Translations under genes and position numbers: made by a program | From: Fimbriimonadia bacterium | Lineage (GTDB): Bacteria; Armatimonadota; Fimbriimonadia; Fimbriimonadales; JABRVX01 | Assembly (NCBI GenBank): GCA_041483895.1 | Contig: JBGPGO010000007.1 | Coordinates: 96,001-160,000 of the forward strand | DNA: 64,000 nt | Reading direction: 5' to 3' | In this document: positions 55,165 to 64,000 of the stretch, piece after piece | Position numbering within the stretch: the stretch's first letter is position 1 | Layout: each line of letters opens with the position of its first letter | Notes under the pieces: model-generated | Told to the model about the DNA's origin: nothing | What the model saw: only the letters and a program-made list of their open reading frames with translations | Database searches by the model: none

Positions 55165-57294
55165 ATGTTCTCGTTGCTAAACGCCGGCCTGTGGCCTTGG
55201 ATTGCGGCAGCGTCCGTGCCGCTGGTGATCCATTTGTTGACCCGCCGTACTCGCAGACGGATGGACCTGCCGACGGTGAAGTTTCTGCAGCGCACGCTCG
55301 CCCATCAGAGCCGCATCTTTCGCTGGCGGCATTGGCTGCTGCTTGCCCTTCGCACGCTGGCGATTGCCGCGCTGGTTGTGGCCTTCCTGCGCCCAGCCTT
55401 GCTGAGTCCGTTGGCGGCGCAGGGTTTCGAGCGATCCGGCGTGGTTATCGTCCTCGATGTGAGCGAGAGCATGGCCTACTCGTCCGGTGGTGTGAGCTCG
55501 CTGGCGAAAGCGAAAAGCCAGGCGCTCAGCGTTCTGCAAGACTTGCGGGCCGGCGACCATGCGAACATAGTTTTCTGCGGCGCTCAGCCAACATCCGCCC
55601 AGCCGTCGCCAACCACCGACATCGCCGCTCTTCAGACGAGCGTTCGTTCCATGGAAGCGACCGACGAACGGGCAGACGCGGCGTCGGCAATCAATGTGGC
55701 GGTCGAGCAGTTGGGAAAGACAAATAGTCGGGCCAAGCGGCTCTATATCATCTCCGATTTCCAGCGAACCAACTGGTCGGATGTCAAGTTTGACGCGGTG
55801 CCCGCCGATGCGAGGGTGCTGTTCGTCAGCGTGGATTCGACCGCGCGCCAAAATGCCGGATTGACCGGTCTCAAAATCCGCCCCTCAACTCCGTGCGTCG
55901 GCGAGCCGCTGACGGTGCAGGCCGAGGTATTCAACTCTTCCTCCTCGCCCCGCACGGTGCCGGTCACATTCACCCTATCGGATCCCTCGGCTCCGCTCGG
56001 GACAGGCAGCCGCAACTTCTCGGACAGCGTTCAGCTCGCCCCCTATTCCAGCGGGAACGTTAGCCTGCCGCTCACCTTCGACGCGCCGCAGCGGATGGAG
56101 TGCACAGCCACGCTGCCGCAGGACAATCTGGCCGGCGATAACACACGGCGACTCGTCATCGATCTTGGCCGCATGGCAACCGTTTTGCTGATCACCGACG
56201 AGGACACCAACGCCACCACGAGCGCGGCCTACTATCTGGTTCGTGCCCTCCATCCGGACCCCGGTTCGGTCGCCGGCTTCCGGGTCTTGCCCGTCCATTC
56301 GAACGCGGTCAATAACCCGATGCTGAAGGCGGCGGACGCCGTGATGGTTTGCAATGCGCCGAGCATGCCGCCCGTCCAACTGGAGGTCCTCGCGAAGTAT
56401 GCGGTCTCCGGCGGCAGCCTGGTCTGGTTTCTGTACGGCGACCGTGTGGCCGAGCAGATCAAGGGGCTGAGCGCCCAGTTGCCCAAGTCGGAACCCGCGC
56501 CGCTACAGGTGGAGGGGATCGCGAACGTCCAAAGCCGGGCCAAGGGATTTGTGACGCTATCCGAGGCGCGATACGAGAGCAAGCTGCTGAAGGCGTTTCG
56601 CGATCTCACTGCGTCAGATCTCGGCCATATCAAGTTCTACAAATTCAGCCTGACGAGCGAGGTGCAGCCGCGCGCTGAATTGCTGCTGAAATTTGAGGAC
56701 GGGACGGCGGCGGCGGTCCGGTGCGGGGAGGGCAGCGGCAACCTGTTGCTTCTCAACATGTCCCCCGCGCCGTCCTGGAGCGACCTTGCAAGGCAACAGA
56801 TATTTTTGCCGCTCATGCACGAATTTCTTAAAGGAATCCTCGCCAAAGATTCCGGTGCTTTGGAAGCGTTTCCCGGCGGCACGGCCTCCACCACGATTGA
56901 GCCGACATCCGCCACTCTTACGTGCGTCGATCCGCTTGGACAGGTAGTGCCGGTAACCATGGACAAGACGACCGGCTCCATCGTGATCGATCCGGCGCGT
57001 CGGGCGGGTATCTACCACTTGACCGCGGGCGCGCAAGAGGTGGCCGCTCTCGCCGTCAACCCGCACCCGGACGAGTCCGATCTCCGCTCAATTGATCCGC
57101 GCGAACTTGAGTCGCAGCGGGAGAAGTCCCGCTCCTATCTCACCGGCTCGACAGGCAATGACCCGGACGTCAGCGATCTCGACAAGGGCACGCCGATCTG
57201 GCACTATCTGCTGATATTCGCGATTGCAGCACTGTTCGCGGAGCAGGCCGTTGGCCGCGTGGGCGTGCGATCGCGCAAGGGGAAGACGGCATGA
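55165..57294 (+). CDS. BatA-domain vWA membrane protein
   Basis: PLVIHLL, LLLALR and DVSESM MIDAS; C-terminal TM. Confidence 0.88.
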   Translation: MFSLLNAGLWPWIAAASVPLVIHLLTRRTRRRMDLPTVKFLQRTLAHQSRIFRWRHWLLLALRTLAIAALVVAFLRPALLSPLAAQGFERSGVVIVLDVSESMAYSSGGVSSLAKAKSQALSVLQDLRAGDHANIVFCGAQPTSAQPSPTTDIAALQTSVRSMEATDERADAASAINVAVEQLGKTNSRAKRLYIISDFQRTNWSDVKFDAVPADARVLFVSVDSTARQNAGLTGLKIRPSTPCVGEPLTVQAEVFNSSSSPRTVPVTFTLSDPSAPLGTGSRNFSDSVQLAPYSSGNVSLPLTFDAPQRMECTATLPQDNLAGDNTRRLVIDLGRMATVLLITDEDTNATTSAAYYLVRALHPDPGSVAGFRVLPVHSNAVNNPMLKAADAVMVCNAPSMPPVQLEVLAKYAVSGGSLVWFLYGDRVAEQIKGLSAQLPKSEPAPLQVEGIANVQSRAKGFVTLSEARYESKLLKAFRDLTASDLGHIKFYKFSLTSEVQPRAELLLKFEDGTAAAVRCGEGSGNLLLLNMSPAPSWSDLARQQIFLPLMHEFLKGILAKDSGALEAFPGGTASTTIEPTSATLTCVDPLGQVVPVTMDKTTGSIVIDPARRAGIYHLTAGAQEVAALAVNPHPDESDLRSIDPRELESQREKSRSYLTGSTGNDPDVSDLDKGTPIWHYLLIFAIAALFAEQAVGRVGVRSRKGKTA
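55984..56006 (+). repeat. Family D hairpin repeat, in frame within the BatA protein
   Basis: CCCTCGGCTCCGCTCGGGACAGG, encoding PSAPLGTG. Confidence 0.55.
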
Positions 57295-59501
57295 GCTTCT
57301 CCCCCATCTTCCCCCTTCTGCAGGTGATCGTATTTGGTTTGATCGCTGTCGGCATTGCGTTTGCGCTGTATCGAAGGGATGAAAGAGTCGGCCCGCGCTC
57401 GCTCGTACTCGCCGTTCTGCGCGCGGTCGCGGTAGCGGGGATCTTCATGCTGCTGCTGAACCCAATTCTCTCGCGCCCGGAAGACCAGCCGACCGGCAAG
57501 CCGCCGCTGATGGTGCTGGTGGATACGTCTCACAGCATGGCGGTCAAGGATGTCGGGACTGGCAGTCGCTTCGATGCGGCAAAGCGTCAGGTTTTCGACA
57601 ACCAGCCCCTCCTCCGCGCCCTGTCGCGCAAATACACGCCGATCTTTTTCCGATTGGATTCCGATGCCACGAGACAAGACCCGACTGCGCTGGATAAGCT
57701 GGAGAATCCCGATGGTACGCGGACGTGCATCGGCGAGGGCATCGCGCATGCCCTCAGCGCCGCGGGGGATTCGCGCATGGGTGGCATCTTGCTGCTTTCC
57801 GACGGGCGCAACAACGGCGACCTCAGCCCCGCCGATATCGCCAAGCAGGCCAAAATGCGAAAGTTTCCGGTCTTCACCGTCTGCCTCGGTCAAAAGTCGA
57901 ACACGAAAGACGTTGGCGTCGCCGTCCGACGATCGCAGGTGTACGCCGCCCCGGATCAGGAGGTGACGATTGACGCGGACATCACCTGCAGCGGATACGG
58001 GTCTGCGCAGGCTCAGGTCCAGCTCCTCCGGGACGGCAAGCTGATGGCAAATCGGACGGTGGGGATCAGCGACAGCGCCCATTCCAACGTCAGCTTTCCC
58101 GTCAAGGAGTCGCAAAAGGGTCTTTATCGGTATTCCATTGTTGTCCAGAAGCTGCCGGGCGAGGTGATTGCCAGCAACAACAGGGCCTCCGCCCTTGTCA
58201 ACGTGCTCAAAGCCAACACCCGAGTCCTGGTCCTCGAAGGCAGGCCGACCTGGGACGCCAAGTTCCTGATCCAGGCGCTCCACTCCGATCCGAGCGTGCA
58301 ATTGGATGCGATCTTCAAGCTGACCGACACTCGGTTCTTTGCGGTGCGCGCCGCCGAGACCGGCGAGACTACCTCCGCAAGCATGAAGATGCCCACCTCC
58401 CCCGCCGAGCTTGCGAAATATGACGTGATCATCATCGGCAAGGGGTTTGAGGAGTTCTTTACCGACGCGACCGCCGATTCGATCCGCACCTACGTTACGG
58501 AAAGCGGCGGCAATCTAATTTTGTTCCGGGGTAAGGCGGAGGATCGTTCGACGACCCTCGCATCGTTGGAGCCCGTGACATGGAGCGACGATCAGGTGCG
58601 CGATTTCCGCATGAAGCTGACCGCCGACGGACTCACGAATCCGGCCTTCACATTCAATGGCGAGGGCGATTCTGAAACCATTGTCCAGGCCCTCCCGACG
58701 CTGATCTCCGCGACAAGGGTGGAGAAGGAGAAGGCGCTCTCGGTGGTCCTTGCCCGCGCAAACGGCGTTGCGAACGCCGGCCAGCCGAACAAAGAGATGG
58801 CGGTGCTGGCGTATCAGGACTTCGGCACGGGTCTCGTGGTTTCACTCATCGGCCAGGGGCTCTGGCGATGGGCTCTGCTACCGCCGGAGCTGGCCAAGTA
58901 CTCGAAATGTTATAGCGATTTTTGGACCCAGCTCATTCGGTGGCTGGTCAGTCGCTCCGACTTCCTGCCGGGCCAAAACGTCTCGCTGAAAACCGACCAC
59001 CTGAACTATTCCCCCGGCGAGGCCGTCAACCTGATGGCCTTCGTCCGCGGAAAGAAGCCGGACTCGCTGGCGCCTGTCTCGATCACGGGCCCGGACGGCC
59101 AGCCGGTGAAGGTGTCGCTCAGCAAGGCGGGCGGCAAACAGGCGGATTTCCTCGGAGTTTTCCGGCCAAAGGCGCCGGGCGACTACATCGCGACGCTGGC
59201 GACGCAGACCCGGAGCGGGGGCCAGATCACCGTCCCGTTCGCGGTGTTTGAGCGGCGCGAAGAGGACCTGAATACGTCGGCCGATCCGGGGCTGATGCGA
59301 CAGATCGCGATGGCCGGCGGCGGCGAAGAGCTGACGCTTGACCAATTGAACGGTCTGCCGGCCAAATTAAAGGAAGCGCAGGCCCTGCTTGTGACGAAAA
59401 CGGAGCCGCAAAGCGCCTGGGATCGATGGTGGGTGCTGGCAATCATCCTTGGTATCCTCAGCGCGGAATGGATCCTGCGGCGAAGAATGGGTATGGTGTA
59501 A
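57291..59501 (+). CDS. vWA + glutamine-amidotransferase-like membrane protein
   Basis: DTSHSM, LLSDG, WRW, FWTQLIRWL and EWILRRR. Confidence 0.82.
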   Translation: MSFSPIFPLLQVIVFGLIAVGIAFALYRRDERVGPRSLVLAVLRAVAVAGIFMLLLNPILSRPEDQPTGKPPLMVLVDTSHSMAVKDVGTGSRFDAAKRQVFDNQPLLRALSRKYTPIFFRLDSDATRQDPTALDKLENPDGTRTCIGEGIAHALSAAGDSRMGGILLLSDGRNNGDLSPADIAKQAKMRKFPVFTVCLGQKSNTKDVGVAVRRSQVYAAPDQEVTIDADITCSGYGSAQAQVQLLRDGKLMANRTVGISDSAHSNVSFPVKESQKGLYRYSIVVQKLPGEVIASNNRASALVNVLKANTRVLVLEGRPTWDAKFLIQALHSDPSVQLDAIFKLTDTRFFAVRAAETGETTSASMKMPTSPAELAKYDVIIIGKGFEEFFTDATADSIRTYVTESGGNLILFRGKAEDRSTTLASLEPVTWSDDQVRDFRMKLTADGLTNPAFTFNGEGDSETIVQALPTLISATRVEKEKALSVVLARANGVANAGQPNKEMAVLAYQDFGTGLVVSLIGQGLWRWALLPPELAKYSKCYSDFWTQLIRWLVSRSDFLPGQNVSLKTDHLNYSPGEAVNLMAFVRGKKPDSLAPVSITGPDGQPVKVSLSKAGGKQADFLGVFRPKAPGDYIATLATQTRSGGQITVPFAVFERREEDLNTSADPGLMRQIAMAGGGEELTLDQLNGLPAKLKEAQALLVTKTEPQSAWDRWWVLAIILGILSAEWILRRRMGMV

Positions 59502-59505
59502 TGCA

Positions 59506-62346
59506 ATGATCCGATCGCACGTTTTCCCTGTGACCAACCTCAGAGCGGCCCTCCTGAAGACCGCCGGCCGCATCCGCGAGACCACCGTCCGCGAGGCATC
59601 CTACGGACTCGCTTGGCGCTGGCTTGCCATGCTCGGCGGCCTGTTCCTTCTGGACCTGATGTTCGCATTGCCGGTCTGGCTGCGATGGGCGGGGCTGCTC
59701 GGGCAGGGATGGTTCGTGTATCGTGGCGTGCAGGAGATTCGCCGGTCGGGGCATCGTGCGAAATTGGAAGATCAGCGGGCGGCCCGCGTCGTCGAGGAGA
59801 GCCATCCGGAGCTGGATAACGCGCTGATCAATGCGGTGCAATTTGAAGACAAGATCGACGCCGCTCCTGAAGCGCAGGCCCCGTTGATGCGGCGCGAAAT
59901 TGAACGGGCGGAGTCGGCGATTGCCGGCGTTTCGCTCGAGGAGACGGTGTCACGGGACGGGGAGCGGCGGTCCTTCCGAAAGATGGCGGGTTTCGCGGGC
60001 GTGTGGCTGCTTGTGGCGGTTCTGTTCCCTGGGGCGTTCTTTGCCGTCATGCCGCGTCTGTTCGCGCCATGGCTGGACGATATCACTCCGCCGTTTTCAT
60101 TGACCAAATTCGACGTGATGCCGCACGGCGCGTCGGTCCGATTCGGCGACCCGCTCACTTTGAACATCTCGGTCTCCGGCCCCATTCCGGACAACATCGT
60201 CTTGATGACCCGGACGAAGGATACCGATTGGCGCAGCGTGGCGCTTGAAAGCACCGAAGCAGGCCATTACGCGGTCACGCTCGATTCGCTGCGAGAGGAC
60301 ACATGGTACTGCGCGCAGGGTGGCGGCGCGCGCAGCGCCCGATGGCTGGCGAAAGTGATCCTCCCGCCTACCGCCGAATCCATCACGGCCTCCTACGTCT
60401 ATCCGCGCTACGTCAACCGCCAATCCAACACGGAAACCGTCGGGGATGCGGGAATTCACGCTCTGTTCAACACGGATGTTCGGCTGAAGATCAGCGCCAA
60501 TCGCGACCTCAGCGGCGGCACGCTGACCCTGACCTTTGCGGACGGAGAGACCGAGCGCGTGGACGTGCTGGTCGATCCGAAAAGTCATCGCCAGGCGATC
60601 ACAACGTTCCGCCTCACCCGCTCCGGCAAATTCACGTTGATGCTGGCCGGCGACGACAACCAGGTCAATCCGGAGGCGGCGAAGGGCAAGCTGACGGTCG
60701 AGCACGATCAGCATCCGACGGTTTGGATCGACGCGCCCGGCCAAGAGCTTCTCGTCACGCCGGAAATGAAACTCGCCATCGGCGTGGAGGCCGAGGACGA
60801 TGTCGGGGTTCAGACGCTGGAAATCCATCGCACGATCAACGACCTTGCGGACACGCAGGACATCCTCCACAATGGCCCGCCGCTCAAGAAGGTCGGCAGC
60901 CGGCTGGTGATGGACCTGGCCGATCTCGGCGTTCGGCCCGGAGACCAGATCACCTACTATGCCGCCGCCTACGACAACGATCCGGGGCGGCCGAACTACG
61001 CCGAAACCGATCCGTACAAGCTGAAGGTGGTATCGAAAGAGGAGTATATCAAGGCGCTCAAGGATCAGCAGGACGCGGAGCGACTGAGCAAAGACATGCA
61101 GGACATTGTCGAAGCGACCCAGGAACTGGCCAAGCAGCAGCGCGAGCTCGCGGAAAAGATGCAGAAAATCAAGAACGAATTGGCCAAGAAGCCCGGCGAT
61201 GCAGCCTTGCAAAAGCAGCTTCAGCAGGCACAGGCGGAACAGAAGGAATTGCAACAGGCCGCGCAAGAATTCGCCGACCAGCTCAGCGCCTACGCCAAGT
61301 CGCCGAGCAACTCCGATTTGGAGGCCGCGTTGAAAAAGAAGATCGGCGAGATGTCTCAGAAGATCGGGCAGGCGGCGCAAGGGCCGATGCAGCAGGCACA
61401 GAGCGGGACCCCGGGCGAGGCCGCGGATGCCGCCAAGAAGGCCGCCGAAATGCTGAGCCAGGTGAACGGCCAGATGCAGCAGCAGGTGGCCAAGAGCATC
61501 CAGAATTTGGAAAAGGTCGCGCCGCTCTTTAATGACGTCGAGCGATTCAAAGAGCTTTTGACTCGCCAAGGACAACTCGTTCTGCAGGCGCGCCAATTCC
61601 AGGATCGCGCCGCCACCGATGCGACGGCCAAGGCGCGCATGGATCATATCGCCACGGAGCAGGAGCAGATTCGACAAGAGCTTCAACAGCTCCAACAGGA
61701 TTTCCGCGCCCATGCCACCGCCGCGCAGAAAGATTTCCCCAAAGCCGCCGCGTCCGCGCGAAAGATCGCCGATGAGATCGGCCGCCGGCAGATCGCCAAT
61801 CTGATGCAGGCAGGGACAGACAAGTTCCACGAATACCAAGGACCGGAAGGATTCCAAAACGCCCAGCGCGCCCTCCAGGAGATGGAGGCGATGATGAGCA
61901 ATTGCCAAGCATGTCAGAGCAATTGTGAAGGGGAGCTCGACATCGCGCTGGGCCGGAGCCTCGGCCAATCCGGCCTCGGCGACAGCCTCTCGCAGTGCAT
62001 GGGAAACAGTCCCGGCACGGGGCAAGGGGGTGGCAACGCATCCGGCCGCGGCGGGATGGGTGGCGGGTCGGTGGGGCAGACCGGTGGCGGCTATACGATG
62101 CGCGGTCCGATGGCATATGTTCCGTCCGTTCGCAGCTTAGGCGGCGCGGCGGGCGTCAAGCGCGCAAAGAATCCAAACGGGATGGCGCGAACGCCGGCGG
62201 AGCTTGCCCCCGACCATGTCGAGACCATGGGCTCCAATGTCAAGACGCCGCCAAAGGCATCCGACGCCGCGAATCGCGCATACCCGCCGGAATACCGCAA
62301 GATGATCAACGACTACTTCATCTCGGTCTCAAAGGAAAAGCGATGA
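59506..62346 (+). CDS. Large membrane-anchored coiled-coil protein (DUF4175-like)
   Basis: N-terminal TMs, AEDDVG, Gln-rich coiled coil, and C-terminal PPEYRKMINDYF. Confidence 0.75.
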   Translation: MIRSHVFPVTNLRAALLKTAGRIRETTVREASYGLAWRWLAMLGGLFLLDLMFALPVWLRWAGLLGQGWFVYRGVQEIRRSGHRAKLEDQRAARVVEESHPELDNALINAVQFEDKIDAAPEAQAPLMRREIERAESAIAGVSLEETVSRDGERRSFRKMAGFAGVWLLVAVLFPGAFFAVMPRLFAPWLDDITPPFSLTKFDVMPHGASVRFGDPLTLNISVSGPIPDNIVLMTRTKDTDWRSVALESTEAGHYAVTLDSLREDTWYCAQGGGARSARWLAKVILPPTAESITASYVYPRYVNRQSNTETVGDAGIHALFNTDVRLKISANRDLSGGTLTLTFADGETERVDVLVDPKSHRQAITTFRLTRSGKFTLMLAGDDNQVNPEAAKGKLTVEHDQHPTVWIDAPGQELLVTPEMKLAIGVEAEDDVGVQTLEIHRTINDLADTQDILHNGPPLKKVGSRLVMDLADLGVRPGDQITYYAAAYDNDPGRPNYAETDPYKLKVVSKEEYIKALKDQQDAERLSKDMQDIVEATQELAKQQRELAEKMQKIKNELAKKPGDAALQKQLQQAQAEQKELQQAAQEFADQLSAYAKSPSNSDLEAALKKKIGEMSQKIGQAAQGPMQQAQSGTPGEAADAAKKAAEMLSQVNGQMQQQVAKSIQNLEKVAPLFNDVERFKELLTRQGQLVLQARQFQDRAATDATAKARMDHIATEQEQIRQELQQLQQDFRAHATAAQKDFPKAAASARKIADEIGRRQIANLMQAGTDKFHEYQGPEGFQNAQRALQEMEAMMSNCQACQSNCEGELDIALGRSLGQSGLGDSLSQCMGNSPGTGQGGGNASGRGGMGGGSVGQTGGGYTMRGPMAYVPSVRSLGGAAGVKRAKNPNGMARTPAELAPDHVETMGSNVKTPPKASDAANRAYPPEYRKMINDYFISVSKEKR

Positions 62347-63014
62347 AAAAGACTCAGCGACTTCTCGCCCTTGCCGTGTTCCTTCCCCTCCTCGTGATGG
62401 GGCATCCGGGACCGGGCGCCGTTCAGGAGGGCGACAAAGTTAAATGCGCCAACCTGACCTACGCGATGAACAAGACATCGGTCTGCTTCAGCGATCGCTT
62501 CCTGCGCCGCCTGCAGCTTGAGACCAACATCCTGACGGAGCCGCGATTTATGAAGGCCCGCCTCGGAACCAATGAGGTGTTCGATTATCCGTTTTGCATC
62601 ATGACGGGCGAGGGGGGCTTTTCGCTAACGCCGAAGGAGAGGATCAACCTCAAGTATTACGTCACGCATGGCGGATTCTTGCTGGCATCCGCGGGATGCT
62701 CCGATCCCGAATGGACCAAGTCGTTTCGCGGCGAGATGGCCCGGATCTTCCCGGATCTCAAACTTAAATCGATTCCGCTCACTCACCCGATCTATCACAC
62801 CGTCTACGATATCAAATCCACCCAAACGATCCATGACCACCGCGGCGCGGTCTTGGAAGGCCTGTTTTACAACAACAAGATCGTCGTGCTCTTTTCCCAG
62901 GACGGCCTGAACGACACTTCCCATGCGGAGAACTGCTGCTGCTGTGGCGGTGATGAGCTGGATCAGGCGGAGTATTTCAACGTCAACATTCTCGGCTATG
63001 CGCTTCTCCACTAA
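62343..63014 (+). CDS. DUF4159 family protein
   Basis: DYPF..MTG, GGFL, HPIY and NILGYAL. Confidence 0.8.
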   Translation: MKKTQRLLALAVFLPLLVMGHPGPGAVQEGDKVKCANLTYAMNKTSVCFSDRFLRRLQLETNILTEPRFMKARLGTNEVFDYPFCIMTGEGGFSLTPKERINLKYYVTHGGFLLASAGCSDPEWTKSFRGEMARIFPDLKLKSIPLTHPIYHTVYDIKSTQTIHDHRGAVLEGLFYNNKIVVLFSQDGLNDTSHAENCCCCGGDELDQAEYFNVNILGYALLH

Positions 63015-64000
63015 GCTCGGAATCGCTTTGTGCTTTCCGCTATCGGCCCTTGTCACTGGTATGGTATTGGAGGGCTGCGGATCCGGGATGCCGGAGCGGT
63101 TGACTCTGTTCGTGTCGGGAGATAGCAGAGGGTATTTAGAGCCGTGCGGCTGCCGGATCGATCAGGCCGGTGGACTGCCCGGCCGAGCAGTCGCGATCGA
63201 GAAGGCAGGGGTGGGGGAGAAGCTGGTGGTGGACGTTGGAAACCTGACATCTGGCAGCCGATCCTACGAGCTGCTCAAGATGCGCTACCTCTTGGAAGGA
63301 ATGAAGGCGATCGGATACGACGCGGTCAACCTCGGCAAGAATGAGGCGCAACTCGATCGGGTGACGCTGAGCGACATGATGTCCCATTCTGGGCTGCCGT
63401 TTTTGTCGGCGAATGTATTGGATAAGAAGGATAAGACCCCGATTGCCGACCGCTATCGGATCATCCGCCGCGGTGCGCTGCGGGTCGGCGTCACTGGAGT
63501 CACGGAATGTGAGGCGCGCGACGCCGGGCCGGGCATCGAGGTCCGGCCGCCGATTGAAGCGCTGGCCGATGTCATCCCCGACCTGAAGGGCAAGTGCGAC
63601 TTCGTCGTCGTTCTTGCATTCGTTGACGAAGAAACCATCAAACAGATCGCGGAAAAGTTTCATGAAGTGGACTGCATTCTCGGCGGCGACGTCCCGCAAT
63701 CTTCGGGAACGGCCCAAACGATCAACCGCGCGATCGCGTTCAACGTCGTCGATCGCGGAAAGGTTTTGGGGCAGATCGATCTGGTGCGCAAGGGGGCCGG
63801 CTACTCGGTCGCATCATCCAAGGGGATAAGGATCGCGGCGGACAAAGTGAAGGGACCGCCCGCGATCGCCGACCTTCTCGCGCGATATAAAAATGAATTG
63901 CGCGAGCGAAGATTTGAATTGGCAAGCGCCGAAGGCATGGAGCGGATCGCCGGGCAAGAGACCACATCGGACGAGTTCGTCGGAGCGCAGGCCTGCCAGA
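62998..64000 (+). CDS. Lipoprotein with UshA/5'-nucleotidase-like domain, probably followed by a cytochrome c domain (truncated by window end)
   Basis: Not in the ORF track; my translation gives MRFSTKLGIALC...VLEGC, GYLEPCGC, YDAVNLGKNE, FLSANV, and ends FVGAQACQ. Confidence 0.72.
   Translation, partial: MRFSTKLGIALCFPLSALVTGMVLEGCGSGMPERLTLFVSGDSRGYLEPCGCRIDQAGGLPGRAVAIEKAGVGEKLVVDVGNLTSGSRSYELLKMRYLLEGMKAIGYDAVNLGKNEAQLDRVTLSDMMSHSGLPFLSANVLDKKDKTPIADRYRIIRRGALRVGVTGVTECEARDAGPGIEVRPPIEALADVIPDLKGKCDFVVVLAFVDEETIKQIAEKFHEVDCILGGDVPQSSGTAQTINRAIAFNVVDRGKVLGQIDLVRKGAGYSVASSKGIRIAADKVKGPPAIADLLARYKNELRERRFELASAEGMERIAGQETTSDEFVGAQACQ

Noticed and set aside
60097..62025. Long antisense or alternative-frame ORFs (also 30791-32218, 35246-36424, 50820-51938, 53259-54278)
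   Set aside because: Shadow ORFs of GC-rich genes with no recognisable motifs.
63130..63160. Selenocysteine in the UshA-like protein
   Set aside because: The motif is TGC-GGC-TGC (CGC) with no in-frame TGA.

Overview
GC-rich bacterial window, probably Armatimonadota/Fimbriimonadia-like. That assignment is an inference from the DUF1559 prepilin, the dockerin-like tail and the SBP-permease fusion. The left ~42 kb is anaerobic energy metabolism: a fused 2-oxoacid:ferredoxin oxidoreductase; IorA plus an IorB/ADP-forming acyl-CoA ligase fusion; a corrinoid methyltransferase cluster; a GH36 gene; a hydrogenase-4-like (Ehr) complex with no Ni ligands; an unusual type II molybdoenzyme operon joined to Rieske/cytochrome b; and split FeoB, FeoA, MobA, Crp/Fnr, NnrS and NarK. 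The right part holds a LacI-controlled beta-glucan locus (GH144-like, ABC transporter, GH94, secreted repeat protein, prepilin) and a MoxR/DUF58/vWA operon. The most striking feature is a ~27-29 bp bulged-hairpin repeat (GCGACTCGGTCAGGAGACCGGTCGCATC). I count ~25 full copies in the first 37 kb, and about half sit in frame inside seven protein-coding genes, using all five of the repeat's stop-free reading frames. It also forms 119-bp inverted doublets and mosaics with other repeat families; three further families occur in the window. No rRNA, tRNA, CRISPR-cas or transposase gene was seen. All calls come from reading motifs by eye; no searches were run.
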